A stretch of DNA of 41,720 nt from an uncultured Candidatus Saccharibacteria bacterium (GCA_964349275.1 CAYGFT010000002.1:1-41720); one strand, 5' to 3'; counted from the stretch's first letter, positions 16,903 through 26,179 are shown. The notes: a model not told the origin generated them from the letters alone. Program-made: numbers and translations.

Positions 16903-17556
16903 ATGCCGCAAGCAATTCTTTTAAAACCAACCGAGCGTCGCTGGGTTAATCGGTTTTTCCTCGTGATGGAGCTTTTACACAAAGTTGCATTTCAAGAAAA
17001 AAATGTTTTTAAGCGCATCTTTCTAGCAAAAGGAGGCACGAACGTCGTAGCTCAATACGTTACGCCGGAGGATGCAAGCCGCTTCTATCCGGGGCACGTT
17101 CCAAGCGGGGAGGATATGTTTCTTTTATTGCCACGGCGTTTCTTGTCTGCACTCAATATTCTTGGTGATATGGCGGTTGTGTTGGGTATAAACAAACATC
17201 GTCCCTTGCCGAAATATCTCATGGTTATAGCTATAGCTATTCATGAGTGCCGGCACAAGGCACATGCGCGAGGGGCGCCGGTCCTTAAAAGTGCTGCGGT
17301 GAGAGCGTGCATGATGGAAATGATTTTCCCTTCTGACGCTAGCATATTTGCATCTTTCTTGGCGGACTGGCTTGCTATAAATGGGATAGCTCGCGGCACT
17401 CCCGCTACATGGGATGAATGGGATGCAGTTCTTATAGAGGGAGCAGTTGTGTTTTTATGGGACAGGTATTTGCGCAGATTTCGGACTACATTTGATCCCG
17501 AGCGTGTCCTTTTAGAGTGTTATGCTCCGCGGATAATTAAATTAGGGATGATGTGA
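16903..17556 (+). CDS. hypothetical protein with an HExxH motif (putative metallopeptidase-like ORFan)
   Basis: SD AAAGGAGG is 7 nt upstream of the ATG. HECRH at 17242-17256. Followed by a terminator. No recognisable family. Confidence 0.6.
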   Translation: MPQAILLKPTERRWVNRFFLVMELLHKVAFQEKNVFKRIFLAKGGTNVVAQYVTPEDASRFYPGHVPSGEDMFLLLPRRFLSALNILGDMAVVLGINKHRPLPKYLMVIAIAIHECRHKAHARGAPVLKSAAVRACMMEMIFPSDASIFASFLADWLAINGIARGTPATWDEWDAVLIEGAVVFLWDRYLRRFRTTFDPERVLLECYAPRIIKLGMM

Positions 17557-17565
17557 GTGAGAAAG

Positions 17566-17598
17566 GAGTAGTGAAATGGCTACTCTTTTATTTTTTTA
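17566..17598 (+). terminator. rho-independent terminator
   Basis: GAGTAG-TGAAATGG-CTACTC hairpin followed by TTTTATTTTTTTATT. Confidence 0.75.
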
Positions 17599-17661
17599 TT
17601 AGGCCTCCGCCCTATGACCAGGAACCTTTATTTTTTGGCATTTTACAGGTACATTGTACAT

Positions 17662-19416
17662 ATGCTTATGAAGGAGTACATCAGAAAACTTGTTGCAGAT
17701 AGTCTTACAAGTCTCTACCCGGAGGTGAGTCTTTCGGATTTCTCTATAGAGTATCCGGAGGATTTTTCGCATGGGGATTATGCTACGAACGCCGCTTTGG
17801 TGCATGCGCGGGCGCTTGGCAAGAATCCGCGAGAAATTGCCGAGGCTTTGGTGCAGAAGATGCAGTTCGCAAAAGGTGAGAAGATTGATCGGGTGGAGAT
17901 TGCGGGTCCCGGGTTTATCAATTTTTATGTATTACGTTCAGTACTTGCGGATGGTGTGGCTGAAGTCTTGGAGCGCGCCGATAGATATGGAGCAAATGAT
18001 GCGCTCAAAGGAAAACGCGTTGTCGTAGAATATACCGATCCCAATCCCTTTAAAGAATTTCATATCGGGCACTTTATGACCAATGCCATCGGTGAGTCTC
18101 TGTCGCGCATTGTGGCATTCTGCGGCGCGGATACCAAACGGGTCAACTACCAGGGAGACGTGGGACTTCATGTGGCAAAAGCGGTCTGGGGGATGCTGGT
18201 CGCGCGTGATGCCGGAGAGCTTGTGCAGGTCCGTGCACAGAGTACCGCGAAGAAAGCCATGTTTTTGGGGCGCGCCTATGCATATGGCGCCGGCATGTAT
18301 GAGGATGATGAGACGGTCAAAAAAGAGATTCAGGAGATCAACAAAAAAATATTTGCAAAGTCCGATCTAGAGATCATGGCTTTGTATGCTGAGGGGAGAG
18401 CGTGGAGTCTTGAGTATTTCGAGACGATATATGCGCGCTTGGGTACCAAATTTGACTATTACTTTTTTGAATCCGAAGTCGCGGCTCTTGGCAAAGAGCT
18501 CGTAGAATCCGGTATTGAGAAAAATATTTTTGAGCGATCAGACGGGGCGGTGGTATTTCATGGAGAAAAATATCCAGGCTTGCACACAAGAGTATTTATA
18601 AACTCCGACGGGCTTCCAACCTATGAGGCCAAAGAACTTGGTCTTGCGGTGACCAAGTATGAGCAGTGTCCGCATGATATAGCGCTTGTAGTGACTGCGA
18701 GCGAAGTCGCGGATTATTTTAAGGTGGTGCTCAAAGCTTTGGGGGAGTTGCGTCCCGATCTTGCAGAAAAGATTCAGCATGTACCGCATGGTGTGTTGCG
18801 TCTGAAGTCCGGCAAGATGTCTTCGCGTACCGGCAATGTAATACGGGCAGAGGATCTTATCGAGGAGGTGAGAAAGAAGCTTATGAAACTTCCGGTGCAT
18901 AGCGATGTCACAGCAGAGGTTGTTGCAGGGATACGACACGACGATAGCTTTGCTTCCACAGAGAATGTTGCCATAGGTGCTATAAAATATTCAATTCTGC
19001 GCCAATCTGCAGGCAAAGACATTATCTTTGATTTTGAGACCTCGCTTTCATTTGAGGGGGACTCGGGACCCTATCTGCAGTACACGCATGCGCGCACGTG
19101 CTCGATTTTGCGAAAAGCCGGAGAGGCGGGTATTAAAGATATTTTGGAAGCGCCGTCGGATACGACCAAGAACCTTGAGCGGATACTTTTGCGCTTTCCC
19201 GATGCGGTGCGCGCGGCAGGGGACGAACGGGACGCGCACTATATCGCTACGTATCTCTATGCGCTTGCGCAGGAGTTTAACGCTTTTTATGCGCATGAGC
19301 GGATCGTGGATTCCGGAGATGACGCTCCCTATCGTGTAGCGCTCACAAGAGCCATATCCATAGTACTCAAAAACGGCCTCGATCTTTTAGGTATGAGAGC
19401 ACCGGATCGGATGTAA
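17662..19416 (+). CDS. argS: arginyl-tRNA synthetase
   Basis: YTDPNPFKEFHIGHFMTNAIGESL (HIGH), MSSRTGN (KMSKS-equivalent) and a C-terminal DALR anticodon-binding region (YIATYLYALAQEFNAFY). The start is at ATG 17662 or 17668; the upstream extension is implausible. Confidence 0.93.
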   Translation: MLMKEYIRKLVADSLTSLYPEVSLSDFSIEYPEDFSHGDYATNAALVHARALGKNPREIAEALVQKMQFAKGEKIDRVEIAGPGFINFYVLRSVLADGVAEVLERADRYGANDALKGKRVVVEYTDPNPFKEFHIGHFMTNAIGESLSRIVAFCGADTKRVNYQGDVGLHVAKAVWGMLVARDAGELVQVRAQSTAKKAMFLGRAYAYGAGMYEDDETVKKEIQEINKKIFAKSDLEIMALYAEGRAWSLEYFETIYARLGTKFDYYFFESEVAALGKELVESGIEKNIFERSDGAVVFHGEKYPGLHTRVFINSDGLPTYEAKELGLAVTKYEQCPHDIALVVTASEVADYFKVVLKALGELRPDLAEKIQHVPHGVLRLKSGKMSSRTGNVIRAEDLIEEVRKKLMKLPVHSDVTAEVVAGIRHDDSFASTENVAIGAIKYSILRQSAGKDIIFDFETSLSFEGDSGPYLQYTHARTCSILRKAGEAGIKDILEAPSDTTKNLERILLRFPDAVRAAGDERDAHYIATYLYALAQEFNAFYAHERIVDSGDDAPYRVALTRAISIVLKNGLDLLGMRAPDRM

Positions 19417-19442
19417 AAAAAGAACGCCAGTAAATGGCGTCT
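19415..19442 (-). terminator. rho-independent terminator for the minus-strand ORF 19459..19875
   Basis: On the minus strand: ACGCCA-UUUAC-UGGCGU followed by UCUUUUUUU. It sits in the convergent gap with argS. Confidence 0.65.
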
Positions 19443-19458
19443 CACTCGAAGTTAAGTC

Positions 19459-19875
19459 TTAGTTCCCGATATTTGCGAAATAATAAAGAGCGGTGTTTTG
19501 TAGGTGATAGTTTTCCACAAGAGCTATGCTGATAAAATCGGTTAGCTTTGTTGTTGCATAGGTTTTATCAGCCTTAATATGTGAGGAATGGACTTCTATG
19601 ATCTCTGCTATGGGTGCAGAGAGGGCAATGCCGAGCATATCCCGTCGGACCATTTCATCAGGCCATGCGACCTTTACGAGAGTTTCGTGTAAAAGCTCTT
19701 GGTTTACCTCAAGGATCTGCATTATTTTTTGCGTAAGGTCGTGAGCCAACTCATCTTCATCGCCGGTATAGAGACCGACATTCTTGAGGTATTCCATAAG
19801 ACTCAGTACGGTCCCTGATAAGGCCGCGCGTAAAGCATCAAGCAACTCCTCAAACGTATAATGTGGTTGTTCCAT
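19459..19875 (-). CDS. hypothetical protein (138 aa, helical)
   Basis: A G-rich SD-like AGGGGG lies upstream of the ATG, and a terminator lies downstream. No recognisable family. Confidence 0.55.
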   Translation of the reverse strand: MEQPHYTFEELLDALRAALSGTVLSLMEYLKNVGLYTGDEDELAHDLTQKIMQILEVNQELLHETLVKVAWPDEMVRRDMLGIALSAPIAEIIEVHSSHIKADKTYATTKLTDFISIALVENYHLQNTALYYFANIGN

Positions 19876-19977
19876 CGTGTACCCCCTTGTGGAAATTTAA
19901 GCACACCGTAGCACATATATTCAATTTTTACAATAGTTTGAATTTAAGCCAGTTTTTCATTATGATAGGTGCATCAT

Positions 19978-22900
19978 ATGGCAGAAAAAGAACAACCTGC
20001 GAAGCAAAAGACCATAGCCGGGCGTGAGGAGGAGACGCTCGCTTTTTGGCGTGAGCGCCAAATTTTTGAAAAATCTTTGGAGGCTACCAAGGGTCGGGAC
20101 CCGTTTGTATTTTATGATGGACCGCCGTTTGCGACTGGGCTCCCGCACTACGGGCACCTACTTGCTTCTATTATCAAGGACGCCGTACCCCGCTATCAGA
20201 CGATGCGCGGGAGATACGTCGAGCGCAAGTGGGGGTGGGACTGTCATGGTTTGCCTCTTGAGAATGTGGTGGAGCAAAAACTTGGCCTGAAAAGCAAAAA
20301 AGAAATAGTAGAGTATGGGATAGACAAGTTCAATGAAGTTGCCAAGACCGAGGTGCTTCGCTATGCGGATGACTGGAAGCAGATCATTCCGCGGATCGGG
20401 CGCTGGGTGGACATGGAACATGATTACAAGACCATGGACCCTACATATACCGAGACTGTTTGGTGGATATTTAAAAATCTCTACGACAAGGGATTGATCA
20501 GTGAAGGATACAAATCCATGCACCTCTGCCCTCGATGTGAGACGACTCTTGCGAACTTTGAGGTCTCGCTTGGATATAAAGATATTACTGATGTCTCAGT
20601 GACGGTGAAGTTTAAACTTGAATCGGGACAGAAGATTGGGGATGTTGTGACGGATGACAATACATATATTCTTGCCTGGACTACAACCCCGTGGACCTTG
20701 CCGGGGAATGTGGCTCTTGCGGTGGGGGAGGAGATTGAGTATGTCTTGGCCAAAATATTTATTTCGCAAGGTGATGTTGCAGAAATAAAAAATGGTGGAG
20801 AATACCCCGAAATAAAAAACTTAGAAAATTTTGTCATCTTGGCGAAAGACAAAGCGGAAGACGTTTTAAAAGAGTATGAGGATTACGAAATACTAAAGAA
20901 TTTTAAAGGCTCTGACCTTGTCGGCAAAAAATACAAACCAGTTTTTGATTACTTTGCCAAAGATGAGACTCTCAAAAACCGCGAAAACGGCTGGCAGATC
21001 TACGCCGCGGATTTTGTAAAGACAGAGGAGGGGACGGGCGTAGTGCATATCGCGCCGGCATTTGGCGATGACGACATGCAACTTGGCAAAAAGTTTAGTT
21101 TCCCTTTTGTCCAGCACGTGACCCGAGACGGCAAGTTTGTGCCGGAGGTCAGGGATTTTGCGGGACGAGCGGTAAAGCCGAAAGATACGGCACTGCAGAG
21201 AAAAATTGACGAGGAGATTTTGACGTATCTCAAGGGGCATGACGCATATTTTTCGGAAACGCCGCTCACACACTCCTATCCGCACTGTTGGCGGTGTGAC
21301 ACGCCGCTTTTAAACTACGCGGCTTCTTCGTGGTTTGTAAACGTGGCGCGTATTCGCGATGATCTGCACACGTACAACAAAGAAATTACTTGGGTGCCCG
21401 AGCACATAAAAGAGGGGAGATTTGGGCATGGCCTGGAGACCGCGCCCGACTGGGCGATATCGCGCTCGCGATTTTGGGGGGCGCCGATTCCGGTCTGGAA
21501 ATGTGCGGATTGTAAAACGGTAGAGGTTGCCGGGTCTCTGAAAGATTTGGAGGCAAAGCGGTATACAAAGCCAACGACTCTGATACTCGCGCGCCACGGT
21601 GAGCGTGACGATATGCCGGCTGATATCATGAATAACCCCGCGCGCCACGGAGAGATAACTCTGAATACACATAAAGACGCCAATGTGCATGTTACAGAAA
21701 ACGGCAAAAAAATGATCGAGGAGCATGCGCAAAATCTCAAGGCAACTGGCGGCGTGGATGCCATCTACTCTTCCGAGTATATTCGCGCCAAAGAGACGGC
21801 GGATATTTTTAGTAAAGTGCTCGGTATAGCGGTCTCCTATGATAGCCGTCTCAACGAGCTCAATCATGGTCCGATGTTTGAGGGTAAAAAAGTTTCTGAA
21901 TACTATGGATATTTCTCAACGCCGCTCGAGCGATTTACCAAGGTGCCCGAGGGCGGAGAGTCGCTCGCGCAAGCCCGGGCGCGCATAGTCTCTGCCGCAC
22001 GCGATATTGCCGCTCGCCACGAAGGTGAGCGGGTGCTCATCGTGAGCCATGGGGATCCTTTGTGGATGCTCGAAGGGGCACTTACCTTTACTGCTCCCGA
22101 GGCTATGCTCTTGTCCCGTTCTGCTACATATATACAGCAGGGGGAGATGCGCGAGATGATATTTCCAAACTATCCCTTCAACAACGACGGCGAGGTGGAT
22201 TTTCACCGGCCGTATAGTGATGCGGTGTCTTTGCAGTGTGCGTGTGGCGGAGAGACGCGACGCATTCCGGAGGTATTTGACTGTTGGTTTGAGTCGGGAT
22301 CCATGCCCTACGGACAGATGCACTACATGGGGGAGCCGCTTCTGCATTTTGATCCCCGGAGCGGCCGAGGATTTCCGGCGGATTTTATCGCCGAGGGACT
22401 TGATCAGACTAGAGGCTGGTTTTATTCGTTGCATGTTTTAGCCGGAGCGTTGTTTCAAAAGCCGGCCGCGACACATATTTTGGTAAATGGTCTGATACTT
22501 GCCGAGAACGGACAAAAAATGTCTAAGCGCCTTAAAAATTATCCCGATCCGATGACGGTAGTGGAGAAATACGGAGCCGATGCATTGCGTCTCTATCTTC
22601 TCGGCTCGCCAGCGGTAGCGGCAGACGATCTGAATTTCTCCGAGCGCGGGGTGGACGAGATACTCAAAAAAATGATTCAGCGCCTTGCCAATGTCGCTAC
22701 GTTTTATGAAATGTATCGCGATGAGGCGGTACCGGCGTTTGAGCTTTCGCACGCCACGCATGTGCTCGACAAGTTTTTGGTCTACGAGCTCGCGCAACTT
22801 TCGCAAAACGTCTCGCGTGCTATGGATACCTGTCGCCTTGACCGCGGAGTGCGCGCCCTCAATGATTTCGTAGACATGTTTTCCACGGTGTATCTCCAAT

Positions 22901-23616
22901 ATTCGCGGGATAGGTTCAAAGAAGGAGAGGAGGGGAGAGTGGAGGCGCTTAGTACACTTCGCTATGCGATTTTGGAGACTGCAAAAATTATTGCGCCATT
23001 TGCACCGTTCTTGGCGGAGCGTCTCTACCAGGGCGTACGTCAGGAGTCAGACAAAGAGTCGGTGCACCTGGAGCCGTGGCCGGAGTTTGGGCGCGAAATT
23101 GATGGCTGGAGTGATGTGCGTGAGGAGATGGCCAAGGTTGCTAAGTCGGTGGAGGTGATACTAGCAGAGCGGAGTTCTGCGGGTATCAGTGTGCGTCAAC
23201 CCCTTTCACTCTCTGTCATACATGCGGATATCATCCCGCAAGGAGCGGAGTATCGTGATATCGTAAGCAAAAGAACAAATGTCGAAGTGTTGAAAGAGGC
23301 AACGAACCTTCCTGAAGGGAAGTATGCCGAGCTTGATACGACTATTACACCAGAGCTTAAAGAGAAAGGCATGCTTCGCGAATTTGTACGCGGGGTGCAG
23401 GATGCACGCAAAAAGAGTGGGTTTGTCCCGCAACAAAAAATAACGGTTTTAAAGATCTATGGTTCGTCGGAAGTTCTTGCATTATTTTTTGAAAAATTTG
23501 GGGCAGAAATTAAAAAGGCAGTGGGCGCGAGCGATGTGGATGTGGTATTGGTTGGACAAGGGGAGTATACGATTTCTCTTGGTGAGGAGGATGTTTCTAT
23601 TTCACTCGGATCCTAA
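19978..23616 (+). CDS. ileS: isoleucyl-tRNA synthetase (type-2-like) with a nested histidine-phosphatase domain
   Basis: HYGH (20146-20157), WTTTPWTLPGN (editing CP1), WAISRSRFWGAPIPVW, CWFESGSMPY and KMSKR (22516-22530). An extra ~205 aa at 21574-22188 carries RHG / RAKETA / E / SHG histidine-phosphatase blocks. ATG 19978 is preferred over GTG 19969. Confidence 0.93.
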   Translation: MAEKEQPAKQKTIAGREEETLAFWRERQIFEKSLEATKGRDPFVFYDGPPFATGLPHYGHLLASIIKDAVPRYQTMRGRYVERKWGWDCHGLPLENVVEQKLGLKSKKEIVEYGIDKFNEVAKTEVLRYADDWKQIIPRIGRWVDMEHDYKTMDPTYTETVWWIFKNLYDKGLISEGYKSMHLCPRCETTLANFEVSLGYKDITDVSVTVKFKLESGQKIGDVVTDDNTYILAWTTTPWTLPGNVALAVGEEIEYVLAKIFISQGDVAEIKNGGEYPEIKNLENFVILAKDKAEDVLKEYEDYEILKNFKGSDLVGKKYKPVFDYFAKDETLKNRENGWQIYAADFVKTEEGTGVVHIAPAFGDDDMQLGKKFSFPFVQHVTRDGKFVPEVRDFAGRAVKPKDTALQRKIDEEILTYLKGHDAYFSETPLTHSYPHCWRCDTPLLNYAASSWFVNVARIRDDLHTYNKEITWVPEHIKEGRFGHGLETAPDWAISRSRFWGAPIPVWKCADCKTVEVAGSLKDLEAKRYTKPTTLILARHGERDDMPADIMNNPARHGEITLNTHKDANVHVTENGKKMIEEHAQNLKATGGVDAIYSSEYIRAKETADIFSKVLGIAVSYDSRLNELNHGPMFEGKKVSEYYGYFSTPLERFTKVPEGGESLAQARARIVSAARDIAARHEGERVLIVSHGDPLWMLEGALTFTAPEAMLLSRSATYIQQGEMREMIFPNYPFNNDGEVDFHRPYSDAVSLQCACGGETRRIPEVFDCWFESGSMPYGQMHYMGEPLLHFDPRSGRGFPADFIAEGLDQTRGWFYSLHVLAGALFQKPAATHILVNGLILAENGQKMSKRLKNYPDPMTVVEKYGADALRLYLLGSPAVAADDLNFSERGVDEILKKMIQRLANVATFYEMYRDEAVPAFELSHATHVLDKFLVYELAQLSQNVSRAMDTCRLDRGVRALNDFVDMFSTVYLQYSRDRFKEGEEGRVEALSTLRYAILETAKIIAPFAPFLAERLYQGVRQESDKESVHLEPWPEFGREIDGWSDVREEMAKVAKSVEVILAERSSAGISVRQPLSLSVIHADIIPQGAEYRDIVSKRTNVEVLKEATNLPEGKYAELDTTITPELKEKGMLREFVRGVQDARKKSGFVPQQKITVLKIYGSSEVLALFFEKFGAEIKKAVGASDVDVVLVGQGEYTISLGEEDVSISLGS

Positions 23617-24254
23617 TGTCTTACCATATACATGAGACGGAGGCGATTGTCCTTGCATCACGCAATGTTGGCGAAGCGGATAAGATTATCCGATTCTACA
23701 CCAAAGACTTTGGGACTATTGCGGTGATTGCCAAAGGGGTGCGTCTCGAAAAATCAAAACTGCGTGGGAGCCTGGATATGTGCATGCATACACGCATCGC
23801 GTTTGTGGTGGGTAAAGACATGTATCGTCTCACGGATGCATATGCGCTCGATGTCTACCCACTCATCGGCAAGGAGGGTCCACGGTTTGACGCGCTCTCA
23901 GCGATAGCGCGTTTTGTGATAGGGATCGCTTCAGGAGAGGAGCCAGATGTGGATCTCTGGGCGCTCTTGAGTGCTACGCTCGGTCGGGTTGGCTCGGGAG
24001 TCTTTGGTCCAGAGCATGTGTTGCCAATATTGTATGCGTTTCAGGCAAAAGCTTTAGCACATCTCGGATATATGCCCGAGGGTCAGCCAGAAGTAGTGAG
24101 TGAACTTTTGCGGTCGGGAGATATTGTCCCTGCGGTATCGCTTGCGGAGCTCCGTAAAAGTGAGGTGCGGGAATTTTTTGAACAAATCTATTTTTATGCG
24201 CTCAAAGAAATGCGCACACCGGAGGATTTCGCGAGTAGGCAATGGGCGGTATAA
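23616..24254 (+). CDS. recO: DNA repair protein RecO
   Basis: An N-terminal OB-fold block (EAIVLASRNVGEADKIIRFYTKDFGTIAVIAKGVR) is typical of RecO. The start overlaps the ileS stop (TAATG). Confidence 0.8.
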   Translation: MSYHIHETEAIVLASRNVGEADKIIRFYTKDFGTIAVIAKGVRLEKSKLRGSLDMCMHTRIAFVVGKDMYRLTDAYALDVYPLIGKEGPRFDALSAIARFVIGIASGEEPDVDLWALLSATLGRVGSGVFGPEHVLPILYAFQAKALAHLGYMPEGQPEVVSELLRSGDIVPAVSLAELRKSEVREFFEQIYFYALKEMRTPEDFASRQWAV

Positions 24255-24266
24255 TACATCATACCT

Positions 24267-26174
24267 ATGGGCAGAGTAGATGAATTAAAAAATCGGTTGT
24301 TTCGCCAAGAGGAACATTTTGAGGAACGTGCGGGAGATCCCCAGCTGGATCCTGCAGAAGTCCAAAAAAGTCCGCATACCTGGGCTGATGCACCACAAGA
24401 TGAGATCAAGGCATTTTGGCTACGCAAACAACAGCGTCGGCGGCGTGCGGTGATTTGGGGTATATCGATTACGCTCGTGTTGGTGCTTGTCGGAGCGGGT
24501 GCGACATTTTATTTTTTGCAGAATGTCGGACGGGTGAACACCAAAAATGTTGATTTGCAGATTATTGCGCCGGAGCGGATTACGGCAGGAGACCGCATAG
24601 CCTATGAGGTGCATTTTAAAAACAACAATCAAACGGTGCTCGAGTCTGTAGAGCTCACATTTAATTATCCAGAAGGAGCCTTGCCGATTTTCGGCAGTCC
24701 TCCAAAGGGGAAGTTTCGAGACCGCCGTGATATCGGCCGCTTGAATATTGGCGAGGAGCGTACGGAGCGTTTTGAGGCATATTTGTTGGGCAAAGAGGGG
24801 ACCAAGCTTACCGCTCAGGCATCACTTGAGTATCGGCCATCCAACTCCAGCGCGCGGTTTGGTAACGACGCGGACCTCTCGACTATTGTGGATCGTTCAC
24901 CAATCGGCGTATCTATCGAGTTTCCCGATGAGATCAATGTTGGTCAGGAGGTAGTGCTGGAGGCACGCTACGTTTCTACTGCAGAGACGGTATTTAAAAA
25001 TATTTCGCTCAACCTCGAATACCCCGAGGGGTTTGAATTTGTGGCATCTGATCCTGCACCCGCAAAAAATAATGCTATCTGGAATCTGGGTGACCTCTCG
25101 CCCGGGCAGTCAGGGGCTATTACGGTCAGAGGCATCCTTAATGGTACGGCTGATGAGCGCAAAAATATCAATGCCAAAATCGGCATATTCAATAGCGAGG
25201 TCAATACCTGGACTATTTATGGTGATACGCAAAAAATAGTACTCTTGCGTGCGCCACTGCTTTCTATCGACGCATTTGTAAACAACTCCAAAGATTATGT
25301 AGCGGCTCCCGGGGATACGGTTACCATGACATTCGCTTGGAAAAATAACCTGAAAGTCACGGTGACAGATGTGATCATCGAAGCCGAGCTCTCCGGCAGA
25401 ATATTTGATTATGGGTCGGTGAAGGTACAGCAGGGAGTTATGGATGGCGCCACACGCAAAGTCGTCTGGAATGGATTTTCCGAGCCGGCGCTTAAGTTTA
25501 TACAACCAGGCAAATCGGGGAGAGTATCCTTTACAGTTAAACTCTTAAGTGATCTCCCCATCGCGGATGCCAATGACCGCAATTTTACGGCTTCAGCCTC
25601 GGGGCGTATCGCGACCAATAATATTCCGCAAGGGTACGAGGGTATTGATATTACGGGCAAAAGTTCGGTAACATTCAAGACGACCACCCAGCTGGGTATC
25701 GCCGCACGTGGCTACTACTATACAAGTCTTTTGCCCAACTCCGGGCCATTGCCGCCGCAAGTGGGCGAAGAGACGACGTATATGATTACGCTTTCCTTGA
25801 GCAATCTTTCCAATGACGTGGAGAATGTGGTAGTGACTACGGGTCTTCCCTCATATGTAAAATGGAAAGAGACGGTAAACCCTCCGGATGCCGCGATTCG
25901 ATACAATACCAACACCGGCGAGATCTCCTGGGACGTAGGTTTACTGGAGGCAGGAACTGGCAGAGTCCATCCAGCACGTGAAGTTTCTTTTCAGGTAGGC
26001 ATTATTCCGGGTCCAAACTTGGCAAACACCACCCCTGATTTAACCGGACGTATTCTCGTGAGTGGGCGTGATACGTTCACCGGGCAGAGTCTACAGAGTG
26101 CGGCAAACAAAATTACTACTGCGGTGCGCACAGATCCGCGCGTACTTCCCAACCAATATAGCGTAACCCCATAA
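24267..26174 (+). CDS. membrane-anchored surface protein with about four DUF11/CARDB-like beta-sandwich repeats
   Basis: A charged N-terminus, one TM (AVIWGISITLVLVLVGAGATFYF), then the repeated pattern G-D/E-x-[IV]-x-Y/M-x-[IV]-x-[FW]-K-N...[IV]-x-[LV]...P-E/S-G four times. Confidence 0.7.
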   Translation: MGRVDELKNRLFRQEEHFEERAGDPQLDPAEVQKSPHTWADAPQDEIKAFWLRKQQRRRRAVIWGISITLVLVLVGAGATFYFLQNVGRVNTKNVDLQIIAPERITAGDRIAYEVHFKNNNQTVLESVELTFNYPEGALPIFGSPPKGKFRDRRDIGRLNIGEERTERFEAYLLGKEGTKLTAQASLEYRPSNSSARFGNDADLSTIVDRSPIGVSIEFPDEINVGQEVVLEARYVSTAETVFKNISLNLEYPEGFEFVASDPAPAKNNAIWNLGDLSPGQSGAITVRGILNGTADERKNINAKIGIFNSEVNTWTIYGDTQKIVLLRAPLLSIDAFVNNSKDYVAAPGDTVTMTFAWKNNLKVTVTDVIIEAELSGRIFDYGSVKVQQGVMDGATRKVVWNGFSEPALKFIQPGKSGRVSFTVKLLSDLPIADANDRNFTASASGRIATNNIPQGYEGIDITGKSSVTFKTTTQLGIAARGYYYTSLLPNSGPLPPQVGEETTYMITLSLSNLSNDVENVVVTTGLPSYVKWKETVNPPDAAIRYNTNTGEISWDVGLLEAGTGRVHPAREVSFQVGIIPGPNLANTTPDLTGRILVSGRDTFTGQSLQSAANKITTAVRTDPRVLPNQYSVTP

Positions 26175-26179
26175 CTTTT

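Noticed and set aside
17634-17668. TTGGCA-16 nt-TACATA promoter immediately abutting the argS ATG, implying a leaderless mRNA.
   Set aside because: This is a pattern match only. The -10 element is weak and would place the TSS inside or after the first ATG. It cannot be supported without TSS data.
21574-22188. Whether the IleRS insert is an intein or a separately encoded or antisense gene (for example minus-strand ORFs 21310..21867 and 21916..22434).
   Set aside because: The insert has no intein splice-junction residues or endonuclease blocks. It is in frame with both IleRS flanks and has no internal start or SD. The antisense ORFs have no recognisable motifs and lie opposite a sequence with clear histidine-phosphatase motifs.
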